Below the pieces are notes generated by a model. The model was given only the letters and a program-made list of their open reading frames with translations. It searched no databases and was not told the DNA's origin. Positions 32,309 to 42,000 of a stretch of DNA of 64,000 nt are shown here, in pieces (the stretch's first letter is position 1; each line of letters begins with the position of its first letter). The translations under genes and the position numbers were made by a program. The stretch comes from Chloroflexota bacterium (GTDB lineage: Bacteria > Chloroflexota > UBA11872 > VXOZ01), in assembly GCA_963663275.1 (NCBI GenBank), contig OY760183.1, forward strand, positions 1,152,001 through 1,216,000, given 5' to 3'.

Positions 32309-32416
32309 TTCTGGCTGTCCCCTGTTTTCGCCTCGGCGGCAGTCGTAGCACGCCAAAGTACACTCTTTGTCTAGGTAGCCAAAGTAGCCGGATGCGACGA
32401 AGCGCCCGCGTCTCAC

Positions 32417-32788
32417 TCAAGGCCGAGCCAGGCGCTTCTTCAGGTTATTCCACTTCCAGGCCACGACTTCGCCCGCGCCGTCGATCGGCTTCGGACACTG
32501 CCTCTGCTTCCGCAATTGGAAGCGCTTCTTGCCAATCCGCTTCGCCATCTTCACCTCCCGCCGCACTCCTTGGGCTTGGTGCGTGTGCTCGCCCAGCAGC
32601 ACGATGAATACCTGGCAGCGTTTAATTGCCGCCCGCGCCTTTTGCTGCCACTCGGGTGTCGCTTGCTGCAGAGACATGTCATTGATTGAGAAAGGGGAAT
32701 CCGGCAGTTTCGATTGCCCAATGAGCGTGTCCTTCAGTTCCGCGTCATGATCGTAGTCGAAGCTGACGAATACTCTGGTCTTTGCCAT
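32417..32788 (-). CDS. Second TIR-like (DUF1863) protein
   Basis: RVFVSFDYDHD, DMSL, IVLLGEHT, GVRREV with conserved Glu, WKW. Confidence 0.8.
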   Translation of the reverse strand: MAKTRVFVSFDYDHDAELKDTLIGQSKLPDSPFSINDMSLQQATPEWQQKARAAIKRCQVFIVLLGEHTHQAQGVRREVKMAKRIGKKRFQLRKQRQCPKPIDGAGEVVAWKWNNLKKRLARP

Positions 32789-32894
32789 GGTGAAGTGTCA
32801 CTCCTGACTGCAGACTGCTGCCTGACGACGCCAACTTGAGCATACACCTTGACGATAAGAGCATCGCCACGGCGCACGTAAAGTGTCAGTTTCC

Positions 32895-33389
32895 TTAGTC
32901 CGTGAATAGTTTCAATTGCGTTCCAATTTCAGCGTTGGCCTTTGCCCTGGACAAATGACGACACCCCGACCAACTGTCTTCACAAGGCTCCATGCTTACC
33001 GCAAGATCAGTTCTCTGTTCCCCGTCGATTACCACCTGCCCGTCAATCTTCGTCGTCGTGCGCATGGCAGACGCCAAGCTGCGATAACGTCTTGGCAGCA
33101 CGTGTTCAACTCCATCTGGCGCGCGAAGGTGCGCGTGATAGTGGGGTGGAGGCGGAATTCCCCTCGGGTTGCTTTCCGTTGCAAACTCGTAACGGCACGC
33201 CGCCGGACTGTCTTCACACGGCTCCATGCTTATTGTATAATCATCTCTCTTCACACCATCAATACTTACACACCCTTGAATTCGACTCACTGAACGCATG
33301 GCTGATGCCAAACTGCGAAATTGCGCAGGCAATACACGCTCAGTACCGTCCGGCGCGCGAAGATGCGCGTGGTAGTGGGTAGCGGGCAT
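32895..33389 (-). CDS. Hypothetical protein made of two tandem ~62-aa HxH/Cys domains, C-terminal QLKLF
   Basis: GGAGGT RBS before MPATHYHAH; internal duplication HYHAHLRAPDG...RSLASAMR...IDG...SMEPCEDS...CR. Confidence 0.75.
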   Translation of the reverse strand: MPATHYHAHLRAPDGTERVLPAQFRSLASAMRSVSRIQGCVSIDGVKRDDYTISMEPCEDSPAACRYEFATESNPRGIPPPPHYHAHLRAPDGVEHVLPRRYRSLASAMRTTTKIDGQVVIDGEQRTDLAVSMEPCEDSWSGCRHLSRAKANAEIGTQLKLFTD

Positions 33390-33471
33390 ATTGTACCTCC
33401 AATCGTGTCTATACAATTAGACCGACTAGACTGACTCACGGCATGATGGGCAGTTATCCATTACTTCTCGG

Positions 33472-33546
33472 CCCATGTGGGACGTGACGTCGTAGCTGAT
33501 GGTAAAGCCCAATTCCTTGTCGGTGAAGGCGTAGTGTTGAGCAAAA
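33472..33546 (-). repeat. Orphan copy 1 of the methyltransferase 3' end (more degenerate)
   Basis: Translates FAQHYAFTDKELGFTISYDVTSHMG. Confidence 0.85.
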
Positions 33547-33552
33547 GAAGAA

Positions 33553-34581
33553 TTACAATTGCGATAACTCATCCAGGAAGTCTTGCTTCTGCCGCATCGT
33601 GAATACGCGGCAGTTGTATTCCTGATCAAGATGGGTCTGCTTAATCAATTCGGCAAAGTAACTCTCGGTGGCGAGCATGTCTGCGTATGGTAGGACTAGC
33701 GCGGTGATATGAAAGTCGGCCATTTGAGAGGGCTCAGGCTCGTCGTCATGGTAACTCAGGATATCCTTCGCTCTAAGTTTGGCGAAAATCGAGATGAATG
33801 GCGTGTTTGAAAACTGGCAAGATTCTAGGAACATCTCAATCCCGTCACCCTGATTGCAAATCCACTCCAATTCATAGTATCGGCGCAAGGCTTCCTTGCC
33901 TACTTCAGTAAAGAGAGGTTCGTATTGAGAAGTCTTGAAAAACCCTCGCTGGACAGCATCAGTCACTCCAAAGTGTAGCTCTCTGAACATTTGAACGCGG
34001 CCTAGTCTAACCGCTTCTTCATAGCTGTGCCCCTCTTTCCATACCTCGCCCTTGAACTTACGGGAAAGGGAAGTTTGGATGCCGTCTCGCGTTTGTTTCG
34101 CTTCCTTACTATACTCGACCATTATGGGATGCTCTCTGCTGCTGATATCAGGTGACTGTTGCACCGAAATGTCGGGATCCCTGTTGAAGGGGACATACCA
34201 CCAAGGAGTACGTGGTACATCCTGCCCGGCGAATTCTGAGGCCGCCGCTAGAAGCTGTTTGTGGTTGACATGAATGTATGAGTTGAATGACAAGCCACGG
34301 CTGAGCGTGCCAACGACAAAGGAAATTGGGGCGCGTAGCTTGGGACTGAATGAGGCCTCTCTATGATGAAATTCTGAAGTTGGGCAGGCGAACTTGCCAT
34401 TAGATACTCCAGTATGTAGAGCCGAGGACAGATGACTATAGAAGGCGCTATCTTTGCTGAGCCGACCGATGATCTGCGACTTTGTAATCTCGCTGATCCA
34501 GTTCTGATCGAGATAGACAATGGGTTTCTTACCGCGTCGCTGCATTAGAAGCCTCTCTTTCGTAGGCTGATCCAATTTCAA
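33553..34581 (-). CDS. Hypothetical AT-richer protein with split PIN-like motifs
   Basis: IVYLDQNWIS near N-terminus, HHRE, and ADFHI..LVLPYADMLATE near C-terminus. Confidence 0.6.
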   Translation of the reverse strand: MKLDQPTKERLLMQRRGKKPIVYLDQNWISEITKSQIIGRLSKDSAFYSHLSSALHTGVSNGKFACPTSEFHHREASFSPKLRAPISFVVGTLSRGLSFNSYIHVNHKQLLAAASEFAGQDVPRTPWWYVPFNRDPDISVQQSPDISSREHPIMVEYSKEAKQTRDGIQTSLSRKFKGEVWKEGHSYEEAVRLGRVQMFRELHFGVTDAVQRGFFKTSQYEPLFTEVGKEALRRYYELEWICNQGDGIEMFLESCQFSNTPFISIFAKLRAKDILSYHDDEPEPSQMADFHITALVLPYADMLATESYFAELIKQTHLDQEYNCRVFTMRQKQDFLDELSQL

Positions 34582-34597
34582 TGATACCCCTAAGTGG

Positions 34598-37500
34598 TCA
34601 ATTGATGTTCGTTCTTCCCATGCGGTACTTAATGTCGTAGTTGATGATGAAGTCTAGCTCTTCGTCGGTGATGCCGTAGTGCTCCGCCAAGACCTTGTCA
34701 AGCTTGTCGATTATAGCCTTGCTCTGACGGGGGAATGTCTGTTGTATTGTTAGTTTGCCTTGCTTCTTCAGTTCCGACTTAGCCTTCATGTCTTCCATCA
34801 GTTCGTGCGCTATGATTGACAGTCTCTCTAGTCGGCCAGTGTCAGCAGTATCGAACCTTATCATTCTCACTTCGCGCTGATTGAGGTTCCTGCAATCTGA
34901 GAAGCACTGCACCATCCAGGAAAACAGGGATGTATTCAGAATACCAAGCGCCCCATCTCTAATCAAAGCACTTTCGAAACAGACTTCCTTCAGTTCACTC
35001 GGCTTACGTAGCTTCCCCTTCGTATCGTAGATTGCGGGTATGAAATTGAGTATCTGGAGAAAGTGGCTAAGTTTCCTTGTGTACCAAAGGGAGTGCTGTT
35101 GTGAACTCGTTCTCGATTGTTGAGGAACCACCGGAAAACGACTAACTTTGCGGAGTATGGAAGCCTCCAAAGCATGACCAATCTTGGCAATGCCGGCGTC
35201 ATTGCTGACGCGCGTAGAGTCAATGAACGCCAAATCGTGAAAGAGGTATTGGCGGGCATCGGTGCGCCACTTGTTGTAAACCGTCGCAAATGACCTTCTG
35301 GGCCTTGCGCCCTTATCGACAAGGATGATCTGCAGCCGGTTGTGGGGCATCCCATCGAACAGTCTGCCCGGATTGTCGCTGTAACTACTAACGACCACGT
35401 TGCCTGCGTCCATCAGCAGCTTACGCAGCGAAGCGTACCCATCAGTGCACACGGCAGAGGCAGGCACAATCATGCCAAGATGCCCATTAGTTGCGAGATT
35501 GAGCGAGCGCTCCCATGTCATCGCGTAGAGATTGCCGCAAACCTCCGTTTCAAGTCCTCGTACAGAATAGTCACTCTTCACCTTGCTGTACTCCACGTAC
35601 GGTGGGTTCCCGATCACCACGTCGAAGCCGCCTTTGCTCATGATGCCGTAGAACTCGGTGAACCAGTGGAAGGGTTGGTGGCTGGCGCGCCAAGGGGTGT
35701 AGGCGGTGGGTTTGTGGGGAGCGATGCCGTACTCGGCGGCCAGGAGGCGGTCCAGTTCGTCGTCCAGGCGTTGGAGGCGGTCGCGGAGGGCCTGCTTAGC
35801 GGCGGCGGTCACCTCCCCGCCGAGCGTGGTCTGCTGCCGGCGGAACTGGTTGAAAGCCGCGCTGGCGATCTCGGCCTCTTCTTCGATGCGGGCCAGGGCG
35901 GCGCGGTCTTCATCGAACATGGCGCGGCGTTGGCCGTCCGGCGTGATAGTCATGGCTTGGCGCACGGCGTCCAGGGAGGTGAAGCCCACCAGCGTGTTGC
36001 CGGCGCGGACGTTGAAATCCACGTCCGGCAGCGGCTCGATCTGGTCGTAGCGTTCCAGTTGGGCCACCAGTTTCAGGAAGAGGCGCAGTTTGCAGATTTC
36101 CACCGCTTCTTCCATGATGTCCACGCCGTAGAGGTTGTTCAGCACGATTGACTTGAGGATGAAGTACCGCTGGCTGGGATGCTTCTCCACCTGCGCCAGG
36201 ATGCGGCGGAAGTCCCTCAGGTGCTCCGGGCTGCGCTTGCGCTCGGACCTCTCGGCGTCGTCCAGGAAGCCGCGCATCCCCTCCAGGCAGGCGGTGTAGA
36301 GCGGCTCCAGCACGTTCAGGGCGGCGAACAGGAACGCGCCGGAACCGCAGGTGGGATCCAGCACGGAGATTCCGGTGTGGGTGCGTTCGCGGTTGCCATA
36401 GAGCGCGTGCCAGAAGGCGCGCAATAGCTCCGGCCCCTCGCTCTGGGCGATGACGTCCCGGGCGAACCGCTCCACGTCCAGGTTGAGGGTGATGAGGTCG
36501 TTGACCCCGGTGACCTCGCCGGCGGCCAATTTGCCCCTGACCTCCGCGTGGCGCTGGCGGCGGGCGATGACCTCGCGCCAGGTCTCGGTGGGCAGGGCGT
36601 AGTCGTCGGGCGCGGGTTGGTTCCAGTCGCCGCGTTTGGCAACGTCGTGGATGCCGGCGGCGATTTCTTGCGGCAGGGCGTAGGCAAAGCCGCGGTCGTT
36701 GTCACCCTCACCCCGGCCCTCTCCCTCAGAGGGAGAGGGAGTGGAATTGGGAGCGGAAGTGGGAGAACCCTTGTTGGCAGTGGGAGAGGCAGAAGATTCG
36801 AGGCGGGTGGGGTTCTGGGCGTCGCGGGCGTTCCAGGTGATGCCGTGGCCGACGGCGGGGTAGATGTAGCGATCGGGATCGTCGCGCAGCATGCGCCAGA
36901 CGCCGCCGTCCTCGCCAAACGCCACCGGACACTCCCGCTTGGCGGCGTCGAAGAGGAAAGGGACGACCGTGTTGCGCGCAATGTAGCCGGTGATGTCCTC
37001 TTTGGTGTAGTACGCGCCCATCTGCTTCTGGTTGACGTACTTCTCGAAGATGTAACCCAGCACGTCGGGGTTGATCTCGTTGTCCTCCCGGTGGGGCCGC
37101 TCGTCCAGATGCCAGCGGTAGGCGTCGAAGAAGGCGAAGACCCGCTCGAAGGCGGCGTCCGGGATGGCGATGCCGGGGTTGTCGCGCTCCAGGTCGTGCA
37201 CGTCGAAGAGGCCGCCGTTCAGAAAAGGTACTCTGCCCAGCAGGGCGGTGAGTTCCGGCGCGCGCTGGGCTTCGGGCTGGCCGAGACCTTCGTGGAACAG
37301 GCGCAAGAGAAAGAGGCGGTAGAAACGGTGGAAACGCCTGCCGCCACGCGCTTCGACAGGCTCAGCGCGAACGGATTGGGAGTCAGGCTCGGCGCGAGCG
37401 GAATGGGGATCGGGAGACCCGTGGGCAGGCTCGGCGGGAGCGGATTGGGGATCGGAAGACCCTTCGGCAGGTTCGGCGCGACCGGAATTGGCCTCAGGGG

Positions 37501-38281
37501 GAACGGCATAGCCCGCGAGGAGATCGGGAACCAGGGAACCATGCATGGGCGCGTTGCCCGCGGCCGGTTCGGGAGCGGCGGGAAGCGCCTGCACCGCTTG
37601 CAGTTTTCGGCGCAGGTAGTCCGGGTCGCCGTCCAGGAAGCGTTGCTTCTGGATGAAGTAGACGAACATCATGCGGTTGAGCATCAGCGACGCGTACCAG
37701 TCGCGGTCGACGCGGGCCGTGATGCCTTCGATGAAGTCGCTGAAGGCGGTCAGTTCTTTTCTGAATTGTTCGTAGAAGCGTTTGGTGACCTTCTCCACGT
37801 CGAACGTGCCGCGGACGCGGGAGCTAACCTCGGCGATGCCTAGCCCCCGGGCTTCGTCCTCCAGGTCGAAGGCAATGGCCTGGAGGCGTTGGAGCAGGGA
37901 TTCGCCGCTCTGCCCCGCGTGGAACTGCTGCTCACGGCAGGCGGTAGGCTTGCCGTTCTCGCGCTTGACCCACTGCCAGACCTGCGTGGTCTGCTCATCG
38001 TCAACGAAGATGACCAGGTGCTCGAAGGCGCTCTTGGCGGCCTGGACTTCAATCTTTCGCCGCACCGGGTACGGCGGCACCGCGCCGTCCGGGCCCGGCG
38101 CGCACGTGAAGACGACGAAGCCGGCCTTCTCCGCCACCGGCCGGAGAGCGTAGCCGAAACCATCCACTTCCACCATCACAGGGGCGGCCTCATAGTGGTT
38201 CCAGCCCAGGCCTTCCACAAAGAGGCTCGGGAAATCGAAATCCTGGAGGTAAGGGCGGAGTTCGTTGATACCGACTTGCAT
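34598..38281 (-). CDS. Large N6-adenine DNA methyltransferase with C-terminal specificity region (Eco57I/Type IIG-like)
   Basis: PFLNGGLF, LGYIFE, GAYYT, VLDPTCGSGAFL, LYGVDI, GNTL, FDVVIGNPPY. Confidence 0.9.
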   Translation of the reverse strand: MQVGINELRPYLQDFDFPSLFVEGLGWNHYEAAPVMVEVDGFGYALRPVAEKAGFVVFTCAPGPDGAVPPYPVRRKIEVQAAKSAFEHLVIFVDDEQTTQVWQWVKRENGKPTACREQQFHAGQSGESLLQRLQAIAFDLEDEARGLGIAEVSSRVRGTFDVEKVTKRFYEQFRKELTAFSDFIEGITARVDRDWYASLMLNRMMFVYFIQKQRFLDGDPDYLRRKLQAVQALPAAPEPAAGNAPMHGSLVPDLLAGYAVPPEANSGRAEPAEGSSDPQSAPAEPAHGSPDPHSARAEPDSQSVRAEPVEARGGRRFHRFYRLFLLRLFHEGLGQPEAQRAPELTALLGRVPFLNGGLFDVHDLERDNPGIAIPDAAFERVFAFFDAYRWHLDERPHREDNEINPDVLGYIFEKYVNQKQMGAYYTKEDITGYIARNTVVPFLFDAAKRECPVAFGEDGGVWRMLRDDPDRYIYPAVGHGITWNARDAQNPTRLESSASPTANKGSPTSAPNSTPSPSEGEGRGEGDNDRGFAYALPQEIAAGIHDVAKRGDWNQPAPDDYALPTETWREVIARRQRHAEVRGKLAAGEVTGVNDLITLNLDVERFARDVIAQSEGPELLRAFWHALYGNRERTHTGISVLDPTCGSGAFLFAALNVLEPLYTACLEGMRGFLDDAERSERKRSPEHLRDFRRILAQVEKHPSQRYFILKSIVLNNLYGVDIMEEAVEICKLRLFLKLVAQLERYDQIEPLPDVDFNVRAGNTLVGFTSLDAVRQAMTITPDGQRRAMFDEDRAALARIEEEAEIASAAFNQFRRQQTTLGGEVTAAAKQALRDRLQRLDDELDRLLAAEYGIAPHKPTAYTPWRASHQPFHWFTEFYGIMSKGGFDVVIGNPPYVEYSKVKSDYSVRGLETEVCGNLYAMTWERSLNLATNGHLGMIVPASAVCTDGYASLRKLLMDAGNVVVSSYSDNPGRLFDGMPHNRLQIILVDKGARPRRSFATVYNKWRTDARQYLFHDLAFIDSTRVSNDAGIAKIGHALEASILRKVSRFPVVPQQSRTSSQQHSLWYTRKLSHFLQILNFIPAIYDTKGKLRKPSELKEVCFESALIRDGALGILNTSLFSWMVQCFSDCRNLNQREVRMIRFDTADTGRLERLSIIAHELMEDMKAKSELKKQGKLTIQQTFPRQSKAIIDKLDKVLAEHYGITDEELDFIINYDIKYRMGRTNIN
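36704..36800. repeat. REP insertion in frame within the MTase (PSPSEGEGRGEG)
   Basis: ACCCTCACCCCGGCCCTCTCCCTCAGAGGGAGAGGG plus degenerate copies. Confidence 0.8.
37349..37495. repeat. REP-derived degenerate tandem in frame within the MTase (xAEP repeats ending SVRAEPVEA)
   Basis: CTTCGACAGGCTCAGCGCGAACGG followed by three decayed copies. Confidence 0.75.
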
Positions 38282-38298
38282 TGCAGGATCAATTGCTC

Positions 38299-38697
38299 TC
38301 AGAGGCGGCGCGCAGCGGGGAGGGAAGCCATCTTGCGATCCAGCGTGAGCGTCTCCAGCCCGTGGTGGGCGTAGTCATCGGTAATTAGCTTGTCCAAGAG
38401 GCCGGGCCCTCCAGAGGCGACCAGGGCTTCGATTATGGGTTGCCCGTTCAGCGGGACAACCAAGCCACTGGTGAGGGTATTGCGGAGTTCAGCGCGGGCG
38501 TCTTCCTTTGTGGCGCCGTAGTGGTGTTGGGCTGCCATGTATGCCTCGCCAATTACCTGGTTGGACGCAACAATCTCGGCGCCGCCTGCGGCCAGCGCGC
38601 TCAACTGTTCCACGCAGTACGCGTACGTGTCGGGAGGTCGGCCGGTTACCAACCGCAGAAGCACAGACGTGTCAATCCCGATACGCAGTCGGATCAT
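38299..38697 (-). CDS. PIN-domain toxin
   Basis: GIDTSVLLR, VIGEA, LLD, LTLDRK. Confidence 0.8.
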   Translation of the reverse strand: MIRLRIGIDTSVLLRLVTGRPPDTYAYCVEQLSALAAGGAEIVASNQVIGEAYMAAQHHYGATKEDARAELRNTLTSGLVVPLNGQPIIEALVASGGPGLLDKLITDDYAHHGLETLTLDRKMASLPAARRL

Positions 38698-38956
38698 ACC
38701 CCTCGTCCCGGAACTTGCGGATGTCCAGCGGCTCGATGTTTGGGTCGATCTTGTCGCGCAGCGTGCCCAGTTTCGAATAGTCGATGCGCTTGGGCTTGGG
38801 CGCGCACCCTGCGGGGTCCTCGCGACTGGGCCTCAGCGTGTATCCGCCACCAGCGGCCTCCACCAACTCAAGCTGGTCGCCGGGGCCCACGCCCATGGCC
38901 TCCAACACGGGCTTGGGAAAGGTTACCTGGCCCTTGGCAGTGATCTTGACTATCAT
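38672..38956 (-). CDS. AbrB/MazE-type antitoxin
   Basis: MIVKITAKGQVTFPK..EAMGVGPGDQL; AGGAGG RBS. Confidence 0.85.
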   Translation of the reverse strand: MIVKITAKGQVTFPKPVLEAMGVGPGDQLELVEAAGGGYTLRPSREDPAGCAPKPKRIDYSKLGTLRDKIDPNIEPLDIRKFRDEGYDPTAYRD

Positions 38957-39030
38957 GTAAGTCCTCCTTAACGCTAGGCTATCACGGGATAGACGGCGCC
39001 GCAATGCGCCAGGCGCAAACCGGGCGTTCC

Positions 39031-42000
39031 CTATGCCTCGTCGCCGGCGAACAGCCCCAGGGAGCATATGATTTGCGGCTCTTGGCTCTCGTCATCGTTT
39101 TCGTCGCGCGTCAGGCAGAGACGGTCCGCCTCGTGCAGACCGATGACGATTTCGGCCAACTGCGCGTCGTCCACGCCGCTGCGGAGTTGCCGGTTCAAGG
39201 TATCCACAGCCGACGGGCGCAGAGGGTCATGGTAGATGTCGTCGATGGCCTTGTGCAGCGCGTCCACGTCGAACAACTGTCCCCTGATGGAGCCGGCGTA
39301 GGCCCTGAGCCGGGTGTAGGCGCGGAAGCGGGCGCCGGAGGGCCGCCCCAACTGGCCGCCGACTCGCTTTTCCTCCCTGACGGCGTGGGCGATACCCTCG
39401 GCCACCAGCCGGTGATGGTCCGGGTGGTGGGGTTGCGCGGGCGTATCCGCCCGGCACTCGGCGGCGGCCAGGATGGCGAGTTGCGATTCGGTGATGCTCT
39501 CGCCGCCGCGGTCAACGTAGGCCAGGGCGTCATTGCCGTCCGCGGTGCGCGTGAAGACCAGGACGCCCTCAGGCCGCTGGGCGATGGGCGTGTGCCGGCG
39601 CGAGGAGAAAACCACGTCCGGCAGGTCTTTGACGGCCTTTTCCAGGCGCGGGTCGGCGTTGATGGCGTTCTTCCAGATCTGGTAGGCGTGGGAGGCCAGG
39701 TCAACCTCGCCGTCGGGCTCGCCGTCCAGGATGCCGGCGCGTTCGTGGTAGAGGTTGAGGACGGCGTCGTCGTCGGCCTCGTCTTCGAAGAAGGCCTCGT
39801 CCGCGCCCACCACCTCGGCGTTCTCCTTGAGCCGTGCGCGCACGCGGCTGCGCAGGTCGATGATGCGCTCCACACCCTCCGCGGGCAGGAATGAATAGCA
39901 GAGTATGTCCTCCGCCCGCTGGCCGATGCGGTCCACGCGGCCGGCGCGCTGGATGAGGCGGATGATGGCCCACGGCAGGTCATAGTTCACCACAACGGAG
40001 CAATCTTGGAGATTTTGGCCCTCGCTCAGCACGTCGGTGGCGATGAGCACGCGCAGTTCGTCAGCTTCGGCCACGGCCTGCCGCTTGTCGTTGCTGACCG
40101 GGCTGAAGCGCCAGGCGAGTTGCGTGGGATCTTGGGCGCTGCCCGTCGCGCTCGCCATGGCGCCGATGCCTCTGGCGCTGAGTTTAGATTCCAGGTAGAG
40201 CACGGTGTCGGCGAATTGGGAAAAGACCAGCACCTTGCGGTCCGCTAACGTCTCGGTGAGGAGTGTGTGGAGCGCGTCCAGTTTAGCGTCGCGCGCCGGG
40301 TCCCACTCCCCGTTAGCGTGGAGGATGTCCACCAGAGCGTCGGCGTCCGACCGAAGGTCCCTCTCCAGGGAATCGAGGAAGAGATCGGAGCGGAGCCACT
40401 TGAAGCGCGTTTGGTACTGTTGCCTGTAGGCCGCGTAGACCTCAGCCGCGCGTTCCGCTAGGCCGGCCGCCGTCCAGGCGCCGGCGGTCTCCTGGATCTC
40501 CATGTCCTCCCGCTCGCCATCGTCCGCAGCGAAAAGCGATTCTGTTCCCTCGTCCGCGTCGGTCAATCGGAGGTCGAGCAGGGCGGCGTCCTGCGACCCA
40601 ACGGGAAGCGGCAGGCCGTGCTCGATGGCGTGGAGGAAGACGTAGTTGCGCAGCGCGTGCCGCTCCACCGACTGCATGAATGCCGCGCCGCTGCTCTCCA
40701 GACGCTTGAAGAGGTTCGTGCGGCAGAAGCCCATCAGCCGCTTGCCCGCGCGCGAAAGGTCGTCTAGCTGGCCGGATTCCTCTGTGCTGGGCGGGACTTC
40801 AGGGTTTGCCTTGAGATAGTTGCCAAGGCCGTAGCGAGGCAGGTGAAGTTCGTTGACGGTTGCCACAACTTCCTGCGAATAGAGCCTGGCAAATTGGTCG
40901 TTTGGGTCCGACTCATCGATGGTGAAGGCTACCGTCTTGGGCACGCGGGCCGGGAAGAAGGACCTGCTGCCGTCTTCATAGGTGAGGAAACTCCGCCCGG
41001 TAGCTTTGTCCGTTGCCGCGTAGTTGTCCTGGATAAAGCTGCGGGTGCGGCGCACCAGATAGAGCCGCATGAGGTCCCGCCAGTCATCGGGATGCTCGCT
41101 GTTGTCGAAGGCTGCCAATGAGTCCGGCTGGGCTTGGTGCAGTCTGTTGAACTCGATCGTGCCCACCTGGCGCAGATACCGTTCGGGCCGGATACCCAGA
41201 CTGGCATCGTCTTTCACGAAGAGGCGCAACTGGTTGGATAGGTCTTTGTAGGACTTATTGTAGGGTGTGGCCGAAAGCAGAATGCACTTGCTGTCATTGG
41301 CGCGAACGTACTCCTGGATGGCGCGGTAGCGCCGGCCCTCGCGGTTGCGGAGATTGTGGCTCTCGTCGATGATCACCAGCCGGTAGCGGCGTTCGTTTGG
41401 CAAGACGCTTTGCACGCTGCTCAGCGAGAGCGTCTTGGCCCGCAATCCATAGCGGTGCGCGTACTCTTGCCACATAGGCGCCAGGTTCTTGGGGCAGATG
41501 ATCAAGGTTTCCAGGTCGTAGTCGTCCTCGAAGATGCGGGCCACGGCGGTTGCCATGAGAGTCTTGCCCAGGCCCACCACGTCGCCGATGAGCACGCCGT
41601 TGCGTTTGTTCAGGTGATGCGCCGCAATCTTGACCGCAGCGGCCTGGAAGTCGAATAAGCGGTTGCCAAAGACCTTGGGAATGTTGAATTCGGCCAGGCC
41701 TGCCCGGGCCTCGTGGGAGAGGTGGTAGGCCATCTTGAGATAGATGTGGTAGGGAAGTATCAGTGCTTCTCTCGCCCAGCTATCTTCAATGATTTGAAGC
41801 AGTTCGCCCGTGATGTCTACGCAGAACCGGTCGTTCCACCTGTCCTCGAACCACTGCTTGAGCTTTACCGTGGCGTCTTGGTCGAGTACGTCAACGTTCA
41901 GTTCACCTTGGCCCGCCAGGCCGGCGAGGGTCAGGTTGCTGCTGCCCAGGAAGCCGATGATAGGGTTGACAGGATCATCGCGGTGCAGCAGGTAGAGCTT

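Noticed and set aside
31236-34690. Classical integron with attC sites
   Set aside because: The repeats are protein-coding remnants, not palindromic attC sites, and no tyrosine integrase is present
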